Positions 20,374-28,909 of a stretch of DNA of 64,000 bases are shown piece after piece. The notes under the pieces are model-generated. The model saw nothing but the letters and a program-made list of their open reading frames with translations, did no database searches and had not been told where the DNA came from. This DNA is from Novosphingobium sp. (GTDB lineage: Bacteria > Pseudomonadota > Alphaproteobacteria > Sphingomonadales > Sphingomonadaceae), in contig JAYWBP010000038.1 in the NCBI GenBank assembly GCA_043781375.1, forward strand, positions 40,001 to 104,000. The letters are read 5' to 3'. Position 1 is the stretch's first letter, and each line of letters starts with the position of its first letter. Both the position numbers and the translations under genes were made by a program.

Positions 20374-20527
20374 AGCCCGCGAAGAGGGCAAGCTGGACCA
20401 GTTCGCAGCCGACCGGGAAGCCGACGCTCCCGGCGACGAAGAGGCGTTTAACCGCGCTTTGCAGTCAATGTCCGGAACGTCGAAAGCAGTTCCGGAAGCA
20501 TTGTCTCCGCCCGATTGCGACGATTGA
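20357..20527 (+). CDS. Small acidic hypothetical protein inside the IS
   Basis: GAGGAAGG RBS; overlaps the passenger stop and, antisense, the transposase 3' end. Confidence 0.45.
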   Translation: MTNLRKAREEGKLDQFAADREADAPGDEEAFNRALQSMSGTSKAVPEALSPPDCDD

Positions 20528-21358
20528 AGCGATACTCAAATTCCTTGACGTAGCGGCCAAGGTATTTGGGGCTGACGCTGGTGTGGGTGCCGTTGATCGA
20601 GCATTTGAGGTGACGCCAGAAATTCTCGATCCCGTTGACTGAAACGACCTCTGCGAGCCGGTAATCGTAATAGGCATACTCTTCCGCGCCGTGGTTGACG
20701 GTCACATGGCGATAGCCCTCCGCGCCAAGGCTCTTGTAGCTGTTCAGTTCGTCGGTGTGGACGATCCCGCCAGTCTGGACGTTGGCGATCACGAAAGGCT
20801 GTAGCGTCGAGCGGCGCTGATTGGGACAACAGCGGTGATAACGTCGCCGCCGCGCTGTAGCGCCCCGACAACGACCGTCTTGGCGTGTGAGCCGCGATTG
20901 TGGGTTCCCTTCTTGACGCCGCCGAACAGGCTTTCGTCTATCTCGACGTTCGTGCCGGGTCCGCCGATGGGGCGTTCGCCGTCAACATCGGCCATGTGCT
21001 GGCGGATCAAGCCAGTCATGCGCCAAGCCGTCTTGTAGGTGACGCCAAGCTGGCGCTGCAATTCCTTGGCGCTGACACCGTGCCGCGTGGTGGTGAACAG
21101 GTGGATGCCATAGAACCAAAGCTGCAAAGGGGTGCGGGTCTGCTGGAACGGTGTTCCAACCGTGGGGTGCAAATGGTGGCCGCACCACTGGCAGGAATAG
21201 GCCCGCTCCGCCTTGATGCGGAACCATTTGGACGGGCGCTCGCATGACGGGCAAGTGAAGCCCTGCCCAAAGCGAACCTCAAACAGGTGCTGAAGGCAGG
21301 TTTCGTCGTCCGGAAACTTGCGGAAGAAGGCGGTGGTGGTGAAGGGCTTCGTGTCCAT
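20448..21358 (-). pseudogene. IS1595/ISXO2-like transposase, frameshifted
   Basis: CPSC/CQWC zinc ribbon, GVSAKELQRQLGVTYKTAWR HTH, DDE motifs VEIDES, IVHTDE, NGIENFW; one missing base near 20823-20825 splits it. Confidence 0.92.
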
Positions 21359-21630
21359 GCACCATCATATAGGCGCGTGGATTACGTATGTCAAGGGGAT
21401 ACACCCCAAACCTTTGTAAACGCTCTCGATTTAGCGGTTAATCCGTTAATTATATAATTGACGGAAACGTCAAGCACCTAATTACCTTAACTACGATTAA
21501 TCCTGATTGCGAATTTGTCCTTATTTAGGTCAGTTAGAAAATTAACCATGTTTGTATACTGACAAGCTTTTTCGCGTGATCTAGCGCCGTTGTGGGCATC
21601 AGCCTGAAAACGAAAATCCAGGAGAAGAAC

Positions 21631-21810
21631 ATGCGCGATCTCAACATTGATGAACTTGAACAGGTCTACGGCGCTGGCGGAAGCGGAAAGTGCGGTTGCG
21701 GTTCTTCGCCGACACCTCCGTCGGGCGGGAGCAAGTCCAAGTCCAACAAGTCGAAAACCAAGAGCAAGAAGTCCAAGTCGCGCAGCCATGGCTCCAAGGG
21801 CTACTGCTGA
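21631..21810 (+). CDS. Putative RiPP/bacteriocin-type precursor, double-glycine leader plus Lys/Ser-rich core
   Basis: AGGAGA RBS; 59 aa MRDLNIDELEQVYGA|GGSGKCGCGSSPTPPSGGSKSKSNKSKTKSKKSKSRSHGSKGYC; leader fits the L-x-x-x-E-L-x-x-V-x-G-(G/A) pattern; C39 exporter nearby. Confidence 0.85.
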   Translation: MRDLNIDELEQVYGAGGSGKCGCGSSPTPPSGGSKSKSNKSKTKSKKSKSRSHGSKGYC

Positions 21811-21840
21811 ATCTTTTGCGCCAACGCGTAGAAAATATTG

Positions 21841-21862
21841 AGGGCGGGGTAACTCCCGCCCT
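21841..21862 (+). terminator. Stem-loop after the precursor gene
   Basis: AGGGCGGG-GTAACT-CCCGCCCT, followed by only a weak U-tract. Confidence 0.65.
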
Positions 21863-21882
21863 TACTGTTAGGTAAGATACGC

Positions 21883-22890
21883 ATGTTATGTATGCGTCCT
21901 GAAACCCATGGTGGCCAGGAACATAACTTGCAGGAAATCCGACAGCACTCCCAGAAAAGCAGCGGGTTTGCAGACGCAGACCAAGACCATCTGGATATGG
22001 TCTGGCTTCTCGGGCAACCACATCTGCAGGATTTTCTTTCTTTCTGCGAAACCAAGGTGGTTGGTGGCGAGCAAATGGACCCGCGCGGGCTTGCCGAAGA
22101 ATGGCGCGCTGCGAACGATTTTTATGGTGAGCTGGAGAAAACTGAAGCGGGCATTGCCGATACCATTGACTGCCGACCTTTGGATGGCCGACTTGCCCGA
22201 ATGGCATCGGCGTTGGAAGCCAGTAACTGGTTCCGCACTTCATTCGACAATCTGCCCTACTCCATCGAACTCGTCGAACTGGACAAGCTGGTAGTTTCGC
22301 AAATTCAGGTCGAGTGCGGATATGCGCACGGAATTGCGGCCAGGTTGGGTAAATGTCCATCGCCAGCTGAGCTGTTTCGCTTTTGTTTGCCGCTTAAGCG
22401 CGAGCTTCCGCCTGTCGCAATCAAGCGCCTTGCCTCCAATCGCTACCAGTTTACATCGCCCTCCAGCGACTTTCGCCAGCACGACCCCATGTTGCTGCGC
22501 GGGGCGGACATTGCCGATCTCGATCTGCCTGGGGCAGCAGTTGCGTTGCTTGGCATTTCGGTGGGCTTTGGCTCGAATTTGATGAGCGGCATCCGCAGCG
22601 GCAATCGCGTGTTACTGCAGAACGGTTACCACCGGGCCTATGCACTGCGCAGTGCAGGCGTTACGCACGCTTGGTGCGTGATCGAGCTTGTGACCCGAAA
22701 GGACGAATTGCGTCTGACGGCCACCGAGGGTGTGTTGAGCGATCCGGAATTCTATTTTGCCGCAAAGCGACCGCCGATCCTGAGCGACTATTTCACTCCG
22801 CGGATCGCAAAGCGGCTGCGAGCAAAACGCATGGAATGTCTGGTCGAATTGGAGATCAAGGTCCGAACGTCTACCGTCACTTCGGTCTAG
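21883..22890 (+). CDS. Uncharacterised protein with ParB/sulfiredoxin-like motifs; candidate peptide maturase
   Basis: LVELDKLVVSQ and RVLLQNGYHRAYALRSAGVTHAWCVI (GxxRxxA); start uncertain. Confidence 0.75.
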   Translation: MLCMRPETHGGQEHNLQEIRQHSQKSSGFADADQDHLDMVWLLGQPHLQDFLSFCETKVVGGEQMDPRGLAEEWRAANDFYGELEKTEAGIADTIDCRPLDGRLARMASALEASNWFRTSFDNLPYSIELVELDKLVVSQIQVECGYAHGIAARLGKCPSPAELFRFCLPLKRELPPVAIKRLASNRYQFTSPSSDFRQHDPMLLRGADIADLDLPGAAVALLGISVGFGSNLMSGIRSGNRVLLQNGYHRAYALRSAGVTHAWCVIELVTRKDELRLTATEGVLSDPEFYFAAKRPPILSDYFTPRIAKRLRAKRMECLVELEIKVRTSTVTSV

Positions 22891-22900
22891 GGGGAACCGG

Positions 22901-23620
22901 TCACAGTTCGGATGATAGCCAACCTGTAACGCTGAATCGGCGCCTGGGAGCCGCACGTGTTACCATCGATACACTGTGATAACGCGGAATCGAAAACAGA
23001 TCGAGCGTGTTGAACTGGGGTATCAGTCCGGCGCAATCCACGCCGCCGAGTTCATGGAACAATAGTAATCCGCCCCATTCGAGGCGCCATTGCGGAGTAA
23101 GACCCAGGACAAATGCTACCTTGCGACCCGAGCTGGCAAGGTCGTCGTCATGGCCCGTCAGGAAATCACCCGCGCCATAAGCCGTTACCTGGCCGTCGGT
23201 GAAATCCGGCGAGCTCACGCCTGTCACCGCTTGCAGCGCGGCAAGCATCGGCTGGCTGCGCATCAGTGCTGAAATTTCCGCCAGAACAGGATCCTCGCAA
23301 ACCTCCCCAGAAACCGGGATTCGCAGCGCGGCATAACTGTATTGAAAGCCATTGCATGCCCTGGCGAAAATGCCTGGCTCCAATTCACTTCGCGAACGGG
23401 ATCCGGGCAGGTGCCATTCCCTCCACGGGACTTCGTGCGCCCCGGCATCATGATTTGCCAGCTGGACCCAGTATTCGTTGCCCTCCAGATAGTGGTAAAG
23501 TTCCGGCGCGCCGGCTGCGAAAACGTGTTGGATCCGCACCCGGCCGTCACGAAAAAATTGTTCGCGCAGGCTGACAAGGTCGAGCTCCGGATTGAGCGTG
23601 AGAAGACGAAGTTCAGTCAC
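22901..23620 (-). CDS. 2OG-Fe(II) oxygenase (prolyl/lysyl hydroxylase-like)
   Basis: FLTGHDD (HxD), WGGLLLF, YHSVS (distal His), RRFSVTGW (2OG-binding Arg). Confidence 0.9.
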   Translation of the reverse strand: MTELRLLTLNPELDLVSLREQFFRDGRVRIQHVFAAGAPELYHYLEGNEYWVQLANHDAGAHEVPWREWHLPGSRSRSELEPGIFARACNGFQYSYAALRIPVSGEVCEDPVLAEISALMRSQPMLAALQAVTGVSSPDFTDGQVTAYGAGDFLTGHDDDLASSGRKVAFVLGLTPQWRLEWGGLLLFHELGGVDCAGLIPQFNTLDLFSIPRYHSVSMVTRAAPRRRFSVTGWLSSEL

Positions 23621-25776
23621 AGGCGCAGCCTTGTTGCTGCCGGATATTGAAACTGGGCCAGCGGGCTCGGCCGCACTTTGTTTTCGATGCGCTCAACTTT
23701 TCCGCCTTCGACATGCAGAACAATATCAGCCAAATCGACCAGCGCCGGGCGGTGCGAGATGGCGACCCGCGTAATCGGCATCACGGCAATGGCTCGGGCT
23801 ATGATATCCTCCGTCTTCACATCCAGATTGGCAGTGCCTTCGTCGAGCAGAAGGACATCGGGATCGCGATAGAGCGCGCGCGCCAAAAGAATTCTCTGGC
23901 GTTGGCCCGACGAAAGTGCGGCGCCCATGTCGTTCACAAGGGTGTGATAGGACATCGGCATCTTGGCGATGTCGTCATGAACCCGCGCGAACCGAGCGGC
24001 GGCTTCGATGGCTTGGTTGTCAGGTTGAGGATGGAAGAAGCTGATATTGTCCGCGAGCGTGCCGGAGAGCAGGTAATCGTCCTGCAATACCGCCCCGATG
24101 CGCTGTCGCCATGACGCCATGGTTGATCCGTTCAGTGCCAGATCATCGATTTCGATTGTGCCCGATTGCGGGGTCAACAGTCCCAGCAGCAGCCTCATCA
24201 ATGTCGTCTTTCCAGCGCCGGAGGGGCCGACAATGGCGACCAGGCTTCCTGCGGGAATATCGAAATTCACCCGGTCCAGCACTGCTCCGCTGGCGGTGTC
24301 ATAGGCGAAGGTCAGGTTGCTTACCCGAATTGCCGGAGCGATGCGGCTGGGACGATGCTGGGGCGTGACGGTCAGCACTTCCTTTTCTTCGCCGACAATG
24401 TCTGACAACCGTTCGAGATGAACGCTCAGCAGCCGCCACTTCTGCCATTGTTGGACCAGCGAGGTGGCGCTCGTTGCAAAGCTGCCGCGATAGGACAGAA
24501 AGGCCAGCAAAAGTCCCACAGACAACTTTTGGGATATTACGGCAAGTGCACCGAAATAGACTGTGAGCAGGAAGGAAACACTGAAAATTGCATCCTCCGC
24601 AAATGCCAGCTTCACGCCGATCATCCGCGACTTGTAAGTAGCCGAAATGACCTCGGCATAGCGGTTGCGCCATCCGCTTTCGCGCATGGTTTCAAAGCTG
24701 TGCAATTTAATTGCCCGCATCGCGCGTAAGGATTCCATCTGATAGGATTCCTCCTGCGCACGAGCGACGATTTCTTCTTCGGTCCGCGCCCTCATGGCGG
24801 GATACATGACCTGTGCGAGCACCAGATAGGCTAGGGTGCAACAGAACACGATCGCCGTGAGCTGAACGCTGATCACCAGCATCACCAACAGTGTGGCGAC
24901 CAGCAATGAGGTGTCGATTAAGGAATCGACCAGTCCACGCGTCAGCAGTGTCTGAATAGGCTGGATCGAGCCGATGCGCGACAGGATGTCTCCCACGTGC
25001 CTGCGCTCAAAATAGGACATGGGTAATCGCAGCAAATGACGGACAATGTTTCCGCCAAGCTGGAAAGTCAGCGATTCACCAAGGCACAAAGTGACCCAGC
25101 TGCGCAGCATGCGCGTAACGGCCTGCAGCCCATAGATGAAGCCGAACCCGACAAGCAGCAAAGTGAGCAGGCTGGAATCACCCTGATTCACCCCCTCGTC
25201 GATCACCAATTGAATGAAGAAGGGTACGGCCAGTGCCGTGACCTGAACCAAGAGAGAAAGCAGAATTATCTGGCTCAACGCGGAACGGAAATTTGTCAGG
25301 TTGCTCCACAGGTCTGACAATCGTGTCCGCACTTTGGCGTTGATCGGCTTGAAGTCGGACGTGGGCGCAAGTTCGAGCGCTATGCCGGTGAAGTGTTGCC
25401 CCAGTTTGCCAAGCGCCATCCGTCTGCTACCGCGAGCTGGATCGAGGATCGTTGCAACACCGCGTTCGACTTTCTCCAGAATCACGAAATGGTTTAGGTC
25501 CCAGTGGAGGATCGCTGGAAGCTGGAGGCAGTCGAGTTCATCCACTTCGAGCCTCACCGCGCGCGCGGTGAGGTCGAGGTCGGAGGCAACGCCGATCAAC
25601 TGACGTAATGTCGTGCCCTTGATCGAAGAGGGAAAGCGCCGACGCAAACCAGCCAAGTCGAGCCTGTGACCATGGTAGCGTGCGACCATGGTTAGGGCAG
25701 CAAGCCCGCACTCAGCCGCCTCGGACTGCAGAACGCAGCGCATACGCTCGTTCCATGGCCATTCGAAGGATGCCAT
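23617..25776 (-). CDS. Peptidase C39-containing ABC transporter (CvaB/RaxB-like)
   Basis: QSEAAECGLA (catalytic Cys), LHWDLNHFVIL (His), GPSGAGKT, LSSGQRQR, LLLDE; start ATG 25776 overlaps the HlyD stop (TAATG). Confidence 0.96.
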   Translation of the reverse strand: MASFEWPWNERMRCVLQSEAAECGLAALTMVARYHGHRLDLAGLRRRFPSSIKGTTLRQLIGVASDLDLTARAVRLEVDELDCLQLPAILHWDLNHFVILEKVERGVATILDPARGSRRMALGKLGQHFTGIALELAPTSDFKPINAKVRTRLSDLWSNLTNFRSALSQIILLSLLVQVTALAVPFFIQLVIDEGVNQGDSSLLTLLLVGFGFIYGLQAVTRMLRSWVTLCLGESLTFQLGGNIVRHLLRLPMSYFERRHVGDILSRIGSIQPIQTLLTRGLVDSLIDTSLLVATLLVMLVISVQLTAIVFCCTLAYLVLAQVMYPAMRARTEEEIVARAQEESYQMESLRAMRAIKLHSFETMRESGWRNRYAEVISATYKSRMIGVKLAFAEDAIFSVSFLLTVYFGALAVISQKLSVGLLLAFLSYRGSFATSATSLVQQWQKWRLLSVHLERLSDIVGEEKEVLTVTPQHRPSRIAPAIRVSNLTFAYDTASGAVLDRVNFDIPAGSLVAIVGPSGAGKTTLMRLLLGLLTPQSGTIEIDDLALNGSTMASWRQRIGAVLQDDYLLSGTLADNISFFHPQPDNQAIEAAARFARVHDDIAKMPMSYHTLVNDMGAALSSGQRQRILLARALYRDPDVLLLDEGTANLDVKTEDIIARAIAVMPITRVAISHRPALVDLADIVLHVEGGKVERIENKVRPSPLAQFQYPAATRLRL

Positions 25777-27005
25777 TAGCTGAAAGTTTCCAAAATCGGC
25801 CCAAGCAATATCTGCCATAGGTTACGGCGCTCAAGCACCAGCTTGCCGGACAGCGTCATGCCTTGCCGCATCGAACCAATATCGACCTTTGTGCGCGGCG
25901 AGAACTTGACGATGTTGGCCCTGATGCGAAAAACCGGCTCATCGAACTTAAGACCCGGATCAACATTCGACGGTTCAGTTGGCACTTTGGCGATTTCGGT
26001 GACCAAGCCCTCGCTCGTACCGAACTTCTCATACGGGAAGGCATCGAATTGCAGGCGTACCTGCTGTCCCGCGCGCGCGTTGCCGACCGCCCGCGAAGGA
26101 GCATAGAGCCAAATTTCGAGCTTGCTGCCTGAAGGGATAACCGTGGCAGCTGCTCGCGCCGGGGTCGCCTGCTGGCCGACTTCCACGCCGATGTCGCCCA
26201 CGGTTCCTGCCACAGGGGCGGTGAGTACAATGTTCCCGGTGCGCGAAAGCTCAAACTGCTGCTGCGCCAGCACCGCCCGTTGAACGATCAAGACTGATTG
26301 GGTCCGCTGGGCTTCCAGCTGCCGCCGACTTTGGTCTGCTTCATTTGCGCGCAAAGCATTGCGCTGGACGATTACCTGCTCACCCAACCCCTCCAGTTCT
26401 GCCCGTCGGGTAAGCAATGCTGATCGGCTATCCTCGACCTGTCGCTGCGTTCCTGCCCCTTCTTTCGCCAGACGTTCGGCGCGAAGGGCTGCGGATTCTG
26501 CAAGTCGAATCTGGGCAGCAGCAATTGCGTGCTGTCGCTCCAGCGAGGCAATGGCCGCCATTAGCCCGCCATGTTGTTCGGCGAGCGCGGCGACTTCGGA
26601 ACTTGCCTGGTCGGCTGCCAGTCCGACTTGCCGCCCCAGCTCTGAATCCTGGTTGCCCATCTGATTGAGCTGTGGCGAAATTCCGCCCTGGCCTTGCGCG
26701 ATCGCCAACGTGACGAGCGCCTGTCCTGCCTCCACATGCTGTCCACTTCTGACGTGAATGGCACTCACTTCGGCAGCCGATCGCGGGTAGACTCGTGCGA
26801 TTCCGCCATCGTAAGCGACTATCCCGCGCACATCTGCGGTCATCGAAAAATGCCCAAACATCAACAACGCCAGGAGCAACAGTGCAGCCACCGCGACGAG
26901 ACGCGTATAGAGGCGCGACGACGGCGGAACGGCAGCGATCACCGTCCCGGTCAACCGATTACGGCTTGCCTCAATAACCTCGTTTCGGAAAAGTCGATCT
27001 GCCAT
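25776..27005 (-). CDS. HlyD-family membrane fusion protein (CvaA/RaxA-like)
   Basis: LFRNEV N-terminus, TM segment, coiled coil, LTAPVAGTV, FDAFPYEKFG. Confidence 0.95.
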   Translation of the reverse strand: MADRLFRNEVIEASRNRLTGTVIAAVPPSSRLYTRLVAVAALLLLALLMFGHFSMTADVRGIVAYDGGIARVYPRSAAEVSAIHVRSGQHVEAGQALVTLAIAQGQGGISPQLNQMGNQDSELGRQVGLAADQASSEVAALAEQHGGLMAAIASLERQHAIAAAQIRLAESAALRAERLAKEGAGTQRQVEDSRSALLTRRAELEGLGEQVIVQRNALRANEADQSRRQLEAQRTQSVLIVQRAVLAQQQFELSRTGNIVLTAPVAGTVGDIGVEVGQQATPARAAATVIPSGSKLEIWLYAPSRAVGNARAGQQVRLQFDAFPYEKFGTSEGLVTEIAKVPTEPSNVDPGLKFDEPVFRIRANIVKFSPRTKVDIGSMRQGMTLSGKLVLERRNLWQILLGPILETFS

Positions 27006-27155
27006 TTACCCCGACATCGCGCTAAGTGCTGAATTAGAGCAATTAAACGCTAAGCCTGAAAACTAGGTAAAGATCGTGTGAACCATAAGGTTCGACTGCC
27101 AAGGCGTCTCATTGATAGTCAACCAATCTTAACCACTCCGGGCTAATCCCCGGAT

Positions 27156-28541
27156 ATGCAATCAGTCCGCATAGTACCGATGATGGCATTTCTCCTGACG
27201 GTCGGTGCCTGTGCGCCGACCGCACAGGTTACTGGGCCGCCGTCGCTGGCCTCTGCTTCCTGGAGTGGCCAGGTCGAAGCCAGCGGACCGATTAAAGCTC
27301 CGCTTGCCGAATTGTTGAATGCGCCTGAATTGCAAGCGCTGACCGCTCTGTCGTTCAAGAATAACAGCGACATCCGGCTTGCGAGAGCGCGCGTTGAGCA
27401 ATCTCACGCGCTGCTGCGCGCTGCCCGTCAGGCAACCTTGCCGCAAATATCACTAGCCGTCGGCGCCAATAGGCGCTTCGAAAAGGCAGGAAGTAACGCG
27501 CTTGATTTCAGCGATGCGTTCGCGCGCCTGGATGTGGACATCGAGCTGGATATTTTCGGGCGGCTTAGCGCCGGCAAGCGTGGGGCAATCTCCCGGGCAC
27601 GCGCCACCGAACTGCAACGCGATGCTGTTGTTCTTGCCATCGAAACCGATGTTGCATCAGCATTTGTGCAGCGCGCCGCCATTGCCAGGCGGATTGCCAT
27701 TCTGGATAAGAATATTGATCGTGCGGTCGAACTCGAGCGGGTGATCCGCGTTCGTTTGGCACAAGGCGCCGCGACACGCGTGGATCAGGGATTGCAAACG
27801 ATCAGGCTGCTAAATCTGCGCGAAGAAGGATCGCGCATACGTCAGGCGCTGGATCAGACGCGAACGGCATTGGCGATTCTGACCGGAGCGGAAGCGCCGC
27901 AATTCTCTGTGGGCACGGCAAGCGTGGATACGATTGTCGTGCCTCAGCTTTATCCCGCCCCGCCGCGGGATTTGCTGGCAGCCCGCCCCGACGTGCGGGC
28001 ATCGGAAGCGCGGATCCAAGCGGCAAAGGGCGATGTGAGCCAGGCACGAGCCGCCTTCTACCCCCAGATTAGCCTCAATGCGCAGTCTATGCTCAATTCG
28101 GCAGCCTCCGGACCGCTGGGCACCAGCTTAAACCTGAGCTCGGCATTGCTGGTACCTATCTTCAGCCGCGAGCGATTGCTGAGCGCGTTCCAATACGCGT
28201 CAGCCGTGCAGCTCGAAGCCGTTGAACGGTTCCGCCAGACGATCCTAAATGCCCTCGCCGAAGTGGAGGATGCGCAAAGCGCACGACAGCGGTCAGCAGA
28301 ACGGGCGAAGCTGCTTGATGCCATAGTAGAAGAAGCGCACCTCACCGCTCGTCTCGCTAATGTTCAATATATCGAAGGTGAAGAAGATATACAAAATGTC
28401 CTGAATGCAGAAACCGCGATGAGTAATGCTGAGGACGCCCAAGTCATTAGTTGGCAAGAACGCTTGTTTGCACAAATTGCGCTATACCGTGCAATGGGCG
28501 GATATCAAAAGCAAACCCGTTTATCCCCAACACCCATCTAA
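27156..28541 (+). CDS. TolC/NodT outer membrane efflux lipoprotein
   Basis: Lipobox VGAC, ELDIFGR, LLAARPDVRA, ARAAFYPQI, LYRAMGGG. Confidence 0.93.
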   Translation: MQSVRIVPMMAFLLTVGACAPTAQVTGPPSLASASWSGQVEASGPIKAPLAELLNAPELQALTALSFKNNSDIRLARARVEQSHALLRAARQATLPQISLAVGANRRFEKAGSNALDFSDAFARLDVDIELDIFGRLSAGKRGAISRARATELQRDAVVLAIETDVASAFVQRAAIARRIAILDKNIDRAVELERVIRVRLAQGAATRVDQGLQTIRLLNLREEGSRIRQALDQTRTALAILTGAEAPQFSVGTASVDTIVVPQLYPAPPRDLLAARPDVRASEARIQAAKGDVSQARAAFYPQISLNAQSMLNSAASGPLGTSLNLSSALLVPIFSRERLLSAFQYASAVQLEAVERFRQTILNALAEVEDAQSARQRSAERAKLLDAIVEEAHLTARLANVQYIEGEEDIQNVLNAETAMSNAEDAQVISWQERLFAQIALYRAMGGYQKQTRLSPTPI

Positions 28542-28584
28542 CGAGGCGTTTTACCGCTGATGGCTGGACGACATTCCATATGCA

Positions 28585-28745
28585 GGCACTGTCAGACCAA
28601 ATGCACGGGGATGATGATCTGAAGTACCCCCAGAGCCTCAGGAACGCCGAAGATCTTCTCTTTGAACGTGGGATCGACTTCTGCCATGAACCTGTGCGGC
28701 TGTGATGGCACAGGTTCGGTCCGCTGTTCGCGGCGGATAACCTGC
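28585..28745 (+). mobile_element. IS6-family remnant
   Basis: End GGCACTGTCAGACCAAATG followed by KYPQSLRNAEDLLFERGIDFCHEPVRL*WHRFGPLFAA. Confidence 0.85.
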
Positions 28746-28909
28746 GCCACGCCCTAGGGACTGTCTGCGTATCGAAGCGCGGTGGTCTGCATAGAGGCCA
28801 GCAGCTCACCGGACAAACATCGGGACCGGTGGTAAAATCCACCATCAAAGGCCCAAGACATGACCGCACCTGCTCCTCTCCCTAACCCGAGACAAAGTCA
28901 GTACGTTGA

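Larger units (their letters stand above)
19361..21407 (-). mobile_element. IS1595-family element carrying a passenger gene (transporter IS)
   Basis: Terminal IRs GGGGTGTATCCCCTT(AG/GA)CATACGT at 19361 and 21407; direct repeat AAACCTTT at 19353-19360 and 21408-21415. Confidence 0.92.

Noticed and set aside
21592-21630. Longer 72-aa version of the precursor in the ORF track
   Set aside because: The AGGAGA RBS and the leader motif point to ATG 21631
21730-21785. AAGTCC-like short repeats considered as a tandem repeat or CRISPR
   Set aside because: They are Lys-Ser codons of the peptide; no repeat-spacer structure. No CRISPR array was seen anywhere in the window
21883-22890. Reading this ORF as a plasmid or chromosome partition ParB
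   Set aside because: No HTH, no parA, no parS-like repeats or rep gene nearby; context is peptide export
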